NCBI GenBank assembly: GCA_045046875.1
Contig: JASFYY010000038.1
Span: 20,553 to 84,552 of the forward strand
Length of the DNA stretch: 64,000 bases
Direction: 5' to 3'
Source of the DNA: Verrucomicrobiota bacterium
GTDB taxonomy: Bacteria > Verrucomicrobiota > Verrucomicrobiia > Verrucomicrobiales > DEV007
The notes below the pieces were generated by a model. It was not told the origin of the DNA, searched no databases, and was given only the letters and a program-made list of their open reading frames with translations. The position numbers and the translations under genes were made by a program. Positions 48,789 through 58,041 of this stretch are shown here, piece after piece; the first letter of the stretch is position 1, and each line of letters opens with the position of its first letter.

Positions 48789-49634
48789 TCAATTCTCGGC
48801 AATAGGTTGATCCAAGGCTAAAAAAGCCTGATTGATCCTGTCGGCCGATATTTCGTGAATTTCCGTGCGCATCTCGTGCTTGCACTGATCAGGAACTATC
48901 AACATAGGGTTGGTATTGATCTCCCACACCTGCATCTTCCCTTGATAGAAACTATAGTCAATTCGCCCGTATTGAATGTCAGCCAAGTGAAACACCTCGC
49001 CGACCTCCTCCTGGTGAGGATTATTTTTAATATAAGCCATCTCCTCTTTCAGAGTCTTCTGATTCACAAGATCTGGAGTTTTTACCTCCCAATCTGTGCT
49101 GAATAAAACATGCCGCGGCACGATTTTTCCGCCGATACAAAAAGCCGAATATTTACGAAAAACCCCGTCGACATCGCTGCTGTCCAAATACTCAACGATC
49201 AACCCGTCGGGGTATAACAACAACCGCTCCGCTAATTCAGCCTGGTCATGAAGCAAACCCGTCTCACTGCCCTGATGCCCATTTTCTATTCTAACAAACA
49301 CAGGGAAACGGCAGGCGTCGCGGTCTTGCTGACGATAGACACAAAAATCATTATCCAAGGCTTGCTGTAGATCATAGCGCAACAGGCTCTTGCCCGGATG
49401 ATTGAGAACCCGGCAACCCGCTTGCTGCAGCGCATCGCATTGCCTGCTTGCTCGAATTCTGAACCCCTCGACCAAACGATCAAAATCCGTAAAAATAACC
49501 GTCGCCGGAACCTCTATTTCCAACAGGCGTCGATAAGGCAGCACCTTTATATCACCGCGTTGCCCGCGCCCATATTTACTCAACCAATAACTGATCGTAT
49601 AACGATGTTTCTCTGTACAAAGATAATATATCAT
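48789..49634 (-). CDS. ATP-grasp fold hypothetical protein
   Basis: VLNHP, FPVFVR...HQG, IVEYLD, FRKY, GRIDY, VWEINTNP. Confidence 0.65.
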   Translation of the reverse strand: MIYYLCTEKHRYTISYWLSKYGRGQRGDIKVLPYRRLLEIEVPATVIFTDFDRLVEGFRIRASRQCDALQQAGCRVLNHPGKSLLRYDLQQALDNDFCVYRQQDRDACRFPVFVRIENGHQGSETGLLHDQAELAERLLLYPDGLIVEYLDSSDVDGVFRKYSAFCIGGKIVPRHVLFSTDWEVKTPDLVNQKTLKEEMAYIKNNPHQEEVGEVFHLADIQYGRIDYSFYQGKMQVWEINTNPMLIVPDQCKHEMRTEIHEISADRINQAFLALDQPIAEN

Positions 49635-49642
49635 TCAGTTTC

Positions 49643-49692
49643 TCCTGTTGGCTATAAGGGCACGTATCCGTAACCCTTATAGCCCTTCAGGA
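49643..49692. other. Long intergenic hairpin
   Basis: ggctataaggg (49650) / cccttatagcc (49674) with outer tcctg/cagga and inner acg/cgt pairing. Confidence 0.55.
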
Positions 49693-49733
49693 TAGAATCA
49701 TCTGCAAAGCGCTTAAATATAATTTTTAAATCC

Positions 49734-52700
49734 TCACTTCACGATCATCTCACCACGCATCAAGATCCAGTGACCAGGAAAAGTGCAGATATAAGGATAC
49801 ACACCTGGCTCGGTCGGTGCCTTGAACCTCAAATACTGGGCTTCATACGCATTCAGCATTCGCGAATGATGAATGATTTTGTCTGATTGGGGAATGAACC
49901 CCAATTTAGCCGCTTCCGGATCCTTGGCCATTTCATTGGCCGCCATGCCCACTTCTTCCAGAGCTCCTGGTTCGACGATTACCAGATTATGCGGGGTGGC
50001 GTCAGGATTGACAAAATCAATGCGCACCGCTTGTCCGGGCTTCACCTCGAAACTTTTCAGCGAATAGAGCAAGCGCTCTTTCACAATCGAGATGGTCACT
50101 TTTTTTAGATCCTTCTGTGCATCAAAAGCATCTTCCTCTTTGGTATTTTTCTTACGAGCTTTGCCTTTTTGCCCCAACTCGAACTTGGCATACAGGTCTG
50201 CGATCTCAGGGTGCTGCGTTTTAAATTTCTCATTGGCTCCCCAGTATTTTTTTAAAGGAGCCGATCCGAGGGAAGTACGTATCGCGTAAGCCAAATGACC
50301 TCCATGTGGGTGTTTCAATGTATCCAACATCGCTAACAGAGCCTCTTCACTGCCCATATAAGTAGCAGCAATAGCTGCCTCCAATCGAACCAATGCGTTA
50401 TCGTCGTTGGCCGATTGCCTGAGCAATTCCACCGAATTTTTCATACTATCCCCCCAGTAACGCAACTGACGGGTGGCCGCCGCACGGGCATTGTGATTAT
50501 CACATGTTAGCAAATCGCCCAACAATCCGGCATTCACCTGGCCGATGCCACGATACATCCAAATCGCCTCCACCTGGTGATGACGGTATCGCGGATCCGC
50601 TGAGTCGAGTCCAGCCACCCATTGGTCCAGAGCCTTCTTAACTTGATCCGCTTTACGGTCACGCAGTTCACGCCGGGACCAGTAACGGTAACGATACTCA
50701 GCCAATTTCAAGTTATCCAAAAGCTCCGTGATGCTCGCCCCATCAATCTTAGGCGGTTCCACCGGCTTGCTGCCTTTTGCCGTGATGCGCCATATACGCC
50801 CCGAGACCCGGTCACGCCGGGAGTCGCGCATCGAATATTGATTGTGACTCTTGATCGGATTATACCAGTCACAAACATACAAACCTCCCCTTGGACCGAA
50901 ACGAAGATCTACAGGAATGAAACTCAAATCGGACGAAAACAATATATCGCTGACGTATTTTTCCTCGATTCCAAATTCACTCTCATTCCATTGCAGGAAC
51001 TCGATACGATTGGTCGGCTTGTAACGCGCCTTGATGAAACCTCCCTGCATTTCCTCGGGAAAGGTTTTAAAATCGACAAAATCATGCCCACAAGTTCCTG
51101 AATAACCCTGCAGCCCAATCGGCTTGGGATGCTGTTCCGGATAGACCGGATCGAGAGCATGGAATGCCGAGGCAAAAATAGGATGACTGGCCACATGCTG
51201 TCCCCATTGATCGAAAGTCACTCCCCATGGGTTGGTGCTGGAGTAAGTGCCAAAAGAAATCAATTTTTCCGTTTTGGGATCATAACGAAACCAACCACTG
51301 TTCTGCTGACGCACCGGACCATAAGGCGTCTCGACTTGTGAGTGATGAAAAATCGATTCACGAAAAATCAGATCTCCGTCCGGGGTCCAGGCAAAGTCAT
51401 GCAGCGCGTGATGGGAATCCTCCGTTCCAAGGCCAGTCAAAACCACTTGTTTGGAATCCGCTTTACCATCCCCATCCGTGTCCTTGATGAAAACCAGATT
51501 AGGTTGTTGGGAAACATAAACTCCGCCATTGCCAAACTCAAAAGAAAGCGGTTGATAAAGATCGTCGGAAAAAACCGAAGACTTGTCCGCCTTGCCATCA
51601 CCATCGGTATCTTCGAGAATCACCAGCTTGTCATGGGGTTCCTCTCCCGGGAATATCTGCGGATAAGAGGTCGAACAGCTCACCCACAAGCGCCCCTTGG
51701 AATCCCAACGGATGCTGATCGGATTGGCGATATCCGGAAACTCTTCTTCTCCGGCAAAGAGGTTCACGTCAAAACGCGGATCCATGATAAAAGCCTTTTT
51801 TTCATCTTCGGCACTCAACCAGGGATTGGTGCCACGCGCTTCCCATACATCCTCCAATGGCGGCAGATTTGAGTCATCAATTTTCGCCGCCACTGCTTTC
51901 CCCTGGGCAAGACCCCATATGCGCTTGTAACGATTGGCCACCATCAGATCAAAATTGCGCATCGCCGGTAGGAAGTCGTTGTAACCGTGTTCTTCGCTGC
52001 GCTTGCCGGTGTAATAATAAGTATTCACAGGACGGTAACGACGAAAAAACTGTTTGTTTTTCTCCAACACTTCCAAGCGCAGAGCTTCATTGATCTCCGG
52101 CGCTTTTTTTCCAAAAATTTGACGGTAAGCGGTATCGGCCAACAATTGATACCCTTCTTTGCCCAGATGAATTCCATTCAGCGTCAGATCATCTCCCGGA
52201 GAGTCCATCGCAGCTTTGCTCGCTTCAAACAGATTGGCAAAACCCACCTTTTGCTCAACCGCTACTTCTTTCATCATCGCAGTGTAAACTGCCAATTGCT
52301 CATTGTTCATCTCAGCTGCCGCCACTCGCTTGATGTCTTCATTAGCAATCGGGGACAGCAGAACAATGCGCGGCGCGCTGTTGCCATTAAAAGCGCTGGT
52401 CTTGAGTTTTTTCAAATAATCCACCAGCTCACGACGAAACTTCGGCAGCCCCTCTTTACCCGCAAAGGATTCATTGAATCCAAAAGCCGCGATGATGACA
52501 TCAATTTTTTCGTAAGTCAGGTGCTGCTCCAGATCAGCGAGATTCAGCGGCCGCGGCTGGGAATCCAAGGAATCCCCCGCCCAGGCAAGATTGCGCACAA
52601 CCAAATGGTGCTCAGGGAAACTCTGTTGCAATAGAGTTTCAAAATAACCAAAATCCCGCGCACGATCCAACAGGGTATTGCCAATAAAAGCAATACGATC

Positions 52701-52973
52701 ACCCGAATTCAATTTGAGCGGCAGAGCGGTATCGACACTCGACGTTGATTGAGGTCTCGCCGCCGTTTTTGCATACATGCCATATTTTGCCAAGGCGGGA
52801 TCGAGTTGAGGTTTCTCCTTTTTATTGAAGGTGAGACGCACATCCTTCTTAGGCGCCACACCCAATGACTTGGGCGCACACCAGGCAGAACTTCCTGACA
52901 TCATAAACGTTAGCGTTATTAACAACACTAAACTTACGTTATCTCTTTTTGATTGGGGGTTTCGTTTTTTCAT
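49734..52973 (-). CDS. PVC-type multidomain protein: SGNH-like, sugar-dehydrogenase-like beta-propeller, HEAT repeats and azurin-type cupredoxin
   Basis: FIGNT/RNLAWAGD/FGFNE/NGIH; NPISIRWDSKGRLWV, EDTDGDGKAD, DSHH, CDWYN, GRIWR; RLEAA HEAT; PHN...CTFPGHWILM. Confidence 0.85.
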   Translation of the reverse strand: MKKRNPQSKRDNVSLVLLITLTFMMSGSSAWCAPKSLGVAPKKDVRLTFNKKEKPQLDPALAKYGMYAKTAARPQSTSSVDTALPLKLNSGDRIAFIGNTLLDRARDFGYFETLLQQSFPEHHLVVRNLAWAGDSLDSQPRPLNLADLEQHLTYEKIDVIIAAFGFNESFAGKEGLPKFRRELVDYLKKLKTSAFNGNSAPRIVLLSPIANEDIKRVAAAEMNNEQLAVYTAMMKEVAVEQKVGFANLFEASKAAMDSPGDDLTLNGIHLGKEGYQLLADTAYRQIFGKKAPEINEALRLEVLEKNKQFFRRYRPVNTYYYTGKRSEEHGYNDFLPAMRNFDLMVANRYKRIWGLAQGKAVAAKIDDSNLPPLEDVWEARGTNPWLSAEDEKKAFIMDPRFDVNLFAGEEEFPDIANPISIRWDSKGRLWVSCSTSYPQIFPGEEPHDKLVILEDTDGDGKADKSSVFSDDLYQPLSFEFGNGGVYVSQQPNLVFIKDTDGDGKADSKQVVLTGLGTEDSHHALHDFAWTPDGDLIFRESIFHHSQVETPYGPVRQQNSGWFRYDPKTEKLISFGTYSSTNPWGVTFDQWGQHVASHPIFASAFHALDPVYPEQHPKPIGLQGYSGTCGHDFVDFKTFPEEMQGGFIKARYKPTNRIEFLQWNESEFGIEEKYVSDILFSSDLSFIPVDLRFGPRGGLYVCDWYNPIKSHNQYSMRDSRRDRVSGRIWRITAKGSKPVEPPKIDGASITELLDNLKLAEYRYRYWSRRELRDRKADQVKKALDQWVAGLDSADPRYRHHQVEAIWMYRGIGQVNAGLLGDLLTCDNHNARAAATRQLRYWGDSMKNSVELLRQSANDDNALVRLEAAIAATYMGSEEALLAMLDTLKHPHGGHLAYAIRTSLGSAPLKKYWGANEKFKTQHPEIADLYAKFELGQKGKARKKNTKEEDAFDAQKDLKKVTISIVKERLLYSLKSFEVKPGQAVRIDFVNPDATPHNLVIVEPGALEEVGMAANEMAKDPEAAKLGFIPQSDKIIHHSRMLNAYEAQYLRFKAPTEPGVYPYICTFPGHWILMRGEMIVK

Positions 52974-53013
52974 TTTAAAAATCCTTACTGTAAATGTTAT
53001 CTCTGAATCACCA

Positions 53014-54099
53014 TCAGGTTGTCGTTTTTGCCAACAGCTCAGGACGCAATTTGACCTGCCCTCCAGCTCCTGCATAGATCATCTCTGCCGCCCGCAAGCC
53101 CATCTCCCGAAAGTCATAACAAAGCGTGCTGATTTCCTCCCCGGCCAATACCGAAGTGCCCATACCAGACAGCAGACCCACTTGACCCGGACAATCCACC
53201 TCTTGATCGAGCAACTCCCGGTAAAGCGCTTTGCACACATTGTCTTCAGGACAAAAAATACCAATTCGCTTCGAAGTTTGTTTCGTCTCTGCGATCAATT
53301 GGCGCCGTTCGTCTGGATTACCGGCCTCCTTGACGTGATAAAGCAAACTGCCCGAACCTGCTTTTTCTGCAAGTGCTGCCATATCGTCGACCAGGGCATC
53401 CATGGCGGCATCACCGCGAAAAGGACGTGCGATCCAGAGTTCCTCATAACCGCGAGCCAATAAATGAGTCAATGCCAGCAAACTGCCGCTTTCCGTATCG
53501 ATGCACACATTCCCTACCCCGGGCAAGCCAGTTTCCCGATACAAAACCACTGCATTTTTCAACAAGTCCGGATATTCAATGAGCGCTTTATCACTCCAGA
53601 TATCATCGATCAAAACTCCACCATGGGTGTCTCCGTAACACCTTTCAAAATCTTGCAAAGAGGTCGTCTGCTGATCCAACGATCCATATTGCGGAGGCAG
53701 GTTCACATCACTGTGACTGACCAGGGACTCGCTGCGCCAAAGTAATAGCGCCGTCTGCCGCTGCGAGGTGTAAGCGCTCACCCCCGCCATGATCGCCCGA
53801 TACACTCCGCTCCACCGTTCCAACTCCCGGGTCAAACATGCGATCGGCTTGGGCCGGTGCACCAGCTGTCGGGAAGATTCGAGAAAATAACGCCCGTTGT
53901 CTTGTTTCCACACCAAACCCTCTTGTTCGAGACGATGCAGAACCCGCGATGCCGTGGTATTGGCCACTCCGAATTTTTCTCCAAGAGCCCGGGTCGTCGG
54001 CAAAGCCTCCCCTTCAGGCCAGACACCCTCATCCGCAATTCCCCTGAGATACTTCTCAATATCAGCGGCTCGACTCCGGACTCCGTTTTCACTCGGCAT
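53014..54099 (-). CDS. GntR-family HTH regulator with LacI-type periplasmic-binding-protein domain
   Basis: LPTTRALGEKFGVANTT...LEQEGLV; HLLARGY, IFCPED, CPGQVGLL, MGLRAAEM. Confidence 0.85.
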   Translation of the reverse strand: MPSENGVRSRAADIEKYLRGIADEGVWPEGEALPTTRALGEKFGVANTTASRVLHRLEQEGLVWKQDNGRYFLESSRQLVHRPKPIACLTRELERWSGVYRAIMAGVSAYTSQRQTALLLWRSESLVSHSDVNLPPQYGSLDQQTTSLQDFERCYGDTHGGVLIDDIWSDKALIEYPDLLKNAVVLYRETGLPGVGNVCIDTESGSLLALTHLLARGYEELWIARPFRGDAAMDALVDDMAALAEKAGSGSLLYHVKEAGNPDERRQLIAETKQTSKRIGIFCPEDNVCKALYRELLDQEVDCPGQVGLLSGMGTSVLAGEEISTLCYDFREMGLRAAEMIYAGAGGQVKLRPELLAKTTT

Positions 54100-54119
54100 G
54101 TTTTAATACATCATAATAG

Positions 54120-54158
54120 TTCCGATTCGCAACAAAATACTTTTGTTGCGAATCGGAA
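54120..54158. promoter_or_regulatory. Perfect 18-bp inverted repeat upstream of the GntR gene (candidate operator)
   Basis: ttccgattcgcaacaaaa-tac-ttttgttgcgaatcggaa, 20 bp before the ATG. Confidence 0.6.
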
Positions 54159-54188
54159 TAAAGCGGTATCAGTCAAAACACCTCCCTT

Positions 54189-54218
54189 ACCCGTGCCATT
54201 CGTAAAATCCGCAGTTAA
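54189..54218 (+). repeat. Degenerate ATCCGYG tandem repeat arm
   Basis: acccgtgcc attcgtaaa atccgcagttaa. Confidence 0.45.
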
Positions 54219-54268
54219 ATTTTCCACCGCAAAACCTACACCCCCCTATTCCTGGGGGAATTTCACGA

Positions 54269-56974
54269 TTATCGCCTCCTTCCGCCACCTCCGCCACGAC
54301 TTCGACCAGCTCCAGAGCTTCTCGAGCGATTCATGCTGCTCGACCCGCTACTGCGCGAGCGACTCGATTGAGATGTTCGAGTAGTTCCACGCTGACGGGA
54401 TTGATAGCTGCTGTTCAAACTGCTACGAGTGCTTGGACTGATACTGCTTGATGGCCGGGTGCTTGGACGCGTTGTACTAGGACGTGTAGTTGGCCTGGTC
54501 GTCGGACGTGTCGGTAGAGTGCTCGGGCGCGTGGTAGTAGGTCGTGTCGTTGGACGGGTGGTCGGGCGCGTGGTGGCAGGTCGAGTCGTTGTAGGACGTG
54601 TCGCTGGACGGGTGCTCGGTATGGCCGGACGTGTCGCTACCGGACGACTATTTGGCGTGGATGGCCGGGTTACAGGCACAGGTCTACCATTAGCAAGATG
54701 ATTCCAAGACCCATTCGGCTGCCTTTGATACACATTACCGGACTTATCCGCATAAACATTATTCGCCCGATCCAAAGCTATCGAAGGCTCTGGTTTTACG
54801 CTAGGCCGAGTGGCCGGCAAAGTCGTTGGTACACCCGGTTTGGCAATCGGTTGTGACGGCTTGCCCGGTATCGCGGGTTTGGTGCCCGGTTTACCCGGTT
54901 TGGCGATCGGTTGTGACGGTTTGCCTGGTATCACAGGCTTGGTGCCAGGTTTACCCGGCCTGGCTATAGGTAAAGACGGCTTTGCACCCGGCACACCGGG
55001 GCGATTGCCTGGTCGGGCAGGCAAGGTCACCGGACGAACATTTTTATGATAAGGCAAAACTCCCGGACGACCATAGTGACCATAAAGCTCAGGCCGCGGG
55101 TGCCTCCAGCCCGAACCATGATGACGACCGGCCCAATAGCCTCGTCTATACCCCTGGTAATAACCACGATGAAAACCATGATAAAAACCCCGTGAGTGAC
55201 CTCGCCAATAACCACTGTAAAATCCGGCTCCCCACCAACCTCCATGCCACCGCCCCCAGCTTCCATAACCCATGCCAAAAGTAAAATGCCCGTTACTGTA
55301 AACCACTCCGTAACTCCAAGCTGATACCCACGGGTTATAACGAACCGCATAACCCCAGGTCACCGGACGACCATAATAAATCCCCCCACGATGCCACGCC
55401 CGGTAGTGATAACCCGTGCCATACACCAACAAACCCCGGTAAATATAACATCCAGTATAACCAGGAGTGTAACCCACATACACATATTCTGGAGTCGTAT
55501 CGTAGATATAAACATATTTTACATTGTAAACCGGTGATTCCGGCGGAATCTCATCCACCCCCTCAGGACGTGTGTCTGCCACCTGCCACGGTCCAAGCGC
55601 AGCCGACGAGACATACCAAACACCCGCGTCACAGACATAATAACGATCGCCCGTCAGTAACACCTCGCTCTCGGTATTCACCGCATAGCGCAAATCCGTT
55701 CCCGGAATCGGCTCAAATTGAGGCTCCCCATCATAAACGACCTCCACCTTCACTTCTCCACGTTTCACACTCGCTGTTTGTGGAATCTGTGCGTCGAGAA
55801 CTGCCTCACTTGCCTCCTGGGTGCCATAGACAAACGCCCGCACATCGGCCACATCAGAGTCTTCAGGGATTCGCTGAAACGCCTTCGGCAACTGCTCGGC
55901 TTCCACATACTTCCACGTTCCGCTCAGCGATGCACTGCTGTACCAACGCCCTGATAACAGCAGGTAATAAATTCGTTTATCCATTTCCATGAACAAATTA
56001 CTGTCACTATTGCTGACATACATCAGCCCCGTTCCGGAGATCGGGGTGAAAGCCGGCTCTCCAGTGGTATAAATTAATTCGCTCGGCTGCGTCACCAACA
56101 GGATTTTCGGCACCACGCCCTTACCCCCTTCATCGGATTCCGATAATTCCTGATCCGTTTCATCCGGAGCCAGGGCCACCACTTGTTTGGGCACCGTCTG
56201 GTCAATCGCCCAAGCCGACTCCAAGCTCGCCGCCGAATACCAGGCCTCCTTACCAGCGTAGAGGAAATACTTTTTCAAGGTGCTATCAAATACAATCAGA
56301 AAAGGCGTATTGATCACCCGCATCAACTGAGCCGCCCCATCCACAGTGGTCAACTGAGGCTCACCATCAACCGTTACCAACACCGCCGGTTCTTTTGAAT
56401 AAATAATGTTTGGCGCCGTCGTCGATAAATTATCCGCGCCCTTTTTTTCGCTCTCCACCAGCGCCAGACTCGTCAACAAACGATCCAGAGAGATATTATG
56501 ATCCCACTTAGGCACCTCCGCTTCGATGATCTCCGCGAGTTTCGCCTCTTTCTCTGGAGTCGATCCGGCAAAACGAACACGCGGAATCTTCACCGAACGC
56601 ACGTTCACCATGCGCTGCTCCCGGTCAGTGTCCACTTTGGCCACCAGCCATATCACACCAAAAACCGGCTCGTCCTTTTCACCCTCCTTCGCCTCTTTCA
56701 GCTTCACTGAGACCGCCGCCCGTGCCGACAAACTATCCCCCTCAAACGACTCCACCTGTGGTTGATAGATCACAATCACCCCCTTATCCGTATCAATCTG
56801 CTTCGGCCAGGTCTTGGTCGCCTGCTCCTTTGACGGTTCATCAACCTTGCCCTCGGTATCCTGCGCCTTGACGGATCCTGCAACAACAAGCAACATCACT
56901 GCCACCCAATACATCAACCCGGCTAGTCCACCCACCCGATCGCTCCGACTCTCACCACTCTTCGTATTTTTCAT
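54269..56974 (-). CDS. Large exported protein with aromatic/Gly-rich middle and Pro/Thr/Arg/Ser low-complexity tail
   Basis: Signal peptide; YQPQ...PVFG, repeated DGEP...VNT...WY...GPW modules; YTPGYTG, VYGTGY, NNVYADKSGNVY; basic tail. Confidence 0.8.
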   Translation of the reverse strand: MKNTKSGESRSDRVGGLAGLMYWVAVMLLVVAGSVKAQDTEGKVDEPSKEQATKTWPKQIDTDKGVIVIYQPQVESFEGDSLSARAAVSVKLKEAKEGEKDEPVFGVIWLVAKVDTDREQRMVNVRSVKIPRVRFAGSTPEKEAKLAEIIEAEVPKWDHNISLDRLLTSLALVESEKKGADNLSTTAPNIIYSKEPAVLVTVDGEPQLTTVDGAAQLMRVINTPFLIVFDSTLKKYFLYAGKEAWYSAASLESAWAIDQTVPKQVVALAPDETDQELSESDEGGKGVVPKILLVTQPSELIYTTGEPAFTPISGTGLMYVSNSDSNLFMEMDKRIYYLLLSGRWYSSASLSGTWKYVEAEQLPKAFQRIPEDSDVADVRAFVYGTQEASEAVLDAQIPQTASVKRGEVKVEVVYDGEPQFEPIPGTDLRYAVNTESEVLLTGDRYYVCDAGVWYVSSAALGPWQVADTRPEGVDEIPPESPVYNVKYVYIYDTTPEYVYVGYTPGYTGCYIYRGLLVYGTGYHYRAWHRGGIYYGRPVTWGYAVRYNPWVSAWSYGVVYSNGHFTFGMGYGSWGRWHGGWWGAGFYSGYWRGHSRGFYHGFHRGYYQGYRRGYWAGRHHGSGWRHPRPELYGHYGRPGVLPYHKNVRPVTLPARPGNRPGVPGAKPSLPIARPGKPGTKPVIPGKPSQPIAKPGKPGTKPAIPGKPSQPIAKPGVPTTLPATRPSVKPEPSIALDRANNVYADKSGNVYQRQPNGSWNHLANGRPVPVTRPSTPNSRPVATRPAIPSTRPATRPTTTRPATTRPTTRPTTRPTTTRPSTLPTRPTTRPTTRPSTTRPSTRPSSSISPSTRSSLNSSYQSRQRGTTRTSQSSRSRSSGSSSMNRSRSSGAGRSRGGGGGRRR
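54452..54982 (-). repeat. Coding tandem repeats: TRP(S/T/A)T units and about 2.5 copies of a 60-bp unit
   Basis: 60-bp period at 54834/54894/54954 (PGKPSQPIAKPGKPGTKPxI); TTRP repeats at 54452-54680. Confidence 0.8.
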
Positions 56975-57134
56975 ACTTTCACTTATTTGTCGATAACTCC
57001 ACCTAGCTATAATTTAGATCTCACTTTCCGAACAAGCTTTATCCGATACAAAAAATAGCAGTTTCTCCTTATGAACGCCTCCCTGTAAATCTAACGGAAG
57101 CCCTCACAACACCCTACAAACAACTTCGACGAAA

Positions 57135-58037
57135 ATGGATCAGAAAAAATTCAATCTAATCGCTTTGGGAGAAATTCTTTGGGACGTCTATCCTGACGGA
57201 GCCCGATTTGGCGGCGCTCCTGCCAACTTCGCCTGCACCGCCGCCGGACTCGCCAAGGATCGTCTCCATGTGAGCATCGTCTCCGCCGTCGGGCGTGATA
57301 CCCTCGGCGAAGGCGCTCTGGATATTTTAAAAAAACGCCACATCGACACCTCACACGTAGCTCAACTGGATCAAGCCACCGGAATCGTAATGGTTCACCT
57401 CGATGAGGAAGGCCGCGCCACTTACGACTTCGCCCCTGACTGTGCTTGGGACAAGCTCCCTGCGAGTCCCGAATTACTCAAACTCGCAGACAATACCCAG
57501 GCTCTGTGTTTTGGCACCCTCGGCCAACGCAGCGAAATTTCCCGGCACACCATCCAGAGCTTTGTCGCCGCTACCCCTGCTGATTGTCTGCGCATCCTCG
57601 ACGTCAATTTGCGCCCCCCGTTTGTCACCGACAGCACCCTCATCGAATCCCTCGAACTCGCCAACGTGCTCAAGCTCAGCGACGAAGAAATCTCCCACAT
57701 CGCTGAACTAACCCACCTATCAGGATCCGATACCGAAGTGTTACAACAAGTGGCAAAAAAATTCGATCTGCAGGTGGTCGCCCTGACCCGTGGACCCGAC
57801 GGAGCACTACTGATCCAGGGAGAGGAAATCAGTGACCAGCCAGCCATCCAAACCCAATCCGTCGATACCGTAGGTGCCGGCGACGCCTTTGCCGCCACCC
57901 TCGCTATTGGATTGCTTGATCAAATCCCCCTCGATCAAATCAATCTACAAGCCTGCACCATCGCCGCCTACGTCTGCTCACAAAACGGAGCCACCCCGCA
58001 AATCCCCGATTCACTCATCTCCATTGCAAATTCCTGA
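57135..58037 (+). CDS. PfkB family carbohydrate kinase (fructokinase-like)
   Basis: GEILWD, GGAPANFA, DVNLRPP, LKLSDEE, DTVGAGDAF. Confidence 0.93.
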   Translation: MDQKKFNLIALGEILWDVYPDGARFGGAPANFACTAAGLAKDRLHVSIVSAVGRDTLGEGALDILKKRHIDTSHVAQLDQATGIVMVHLDEEGRATYDFAPDCAWDKLPASPELLKLADNTQALCFGTLGQRSEISRHTIQSFVAATPADCLRILDVNLRPPFVTDSTLIESLELANVLKLSDEEISHIAELTHLSGSDTEVLQQVAKKFDLQVVALTRGPDGALLIQGEEISDQPAIQTQSVDTVGAGDAFAATLAIGLLDQIPLDQINLQACTIAAYVCSQNGATPQIPDSLISIANS

Positions 58038-58041
58038 CCAG

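Noticed and set aside
54429..55049. Plus-strand ORFs with GRVV and GLPG repeats
   Set aside because: Antisense shadows of the repeat-rich tail of the minus-strand gene
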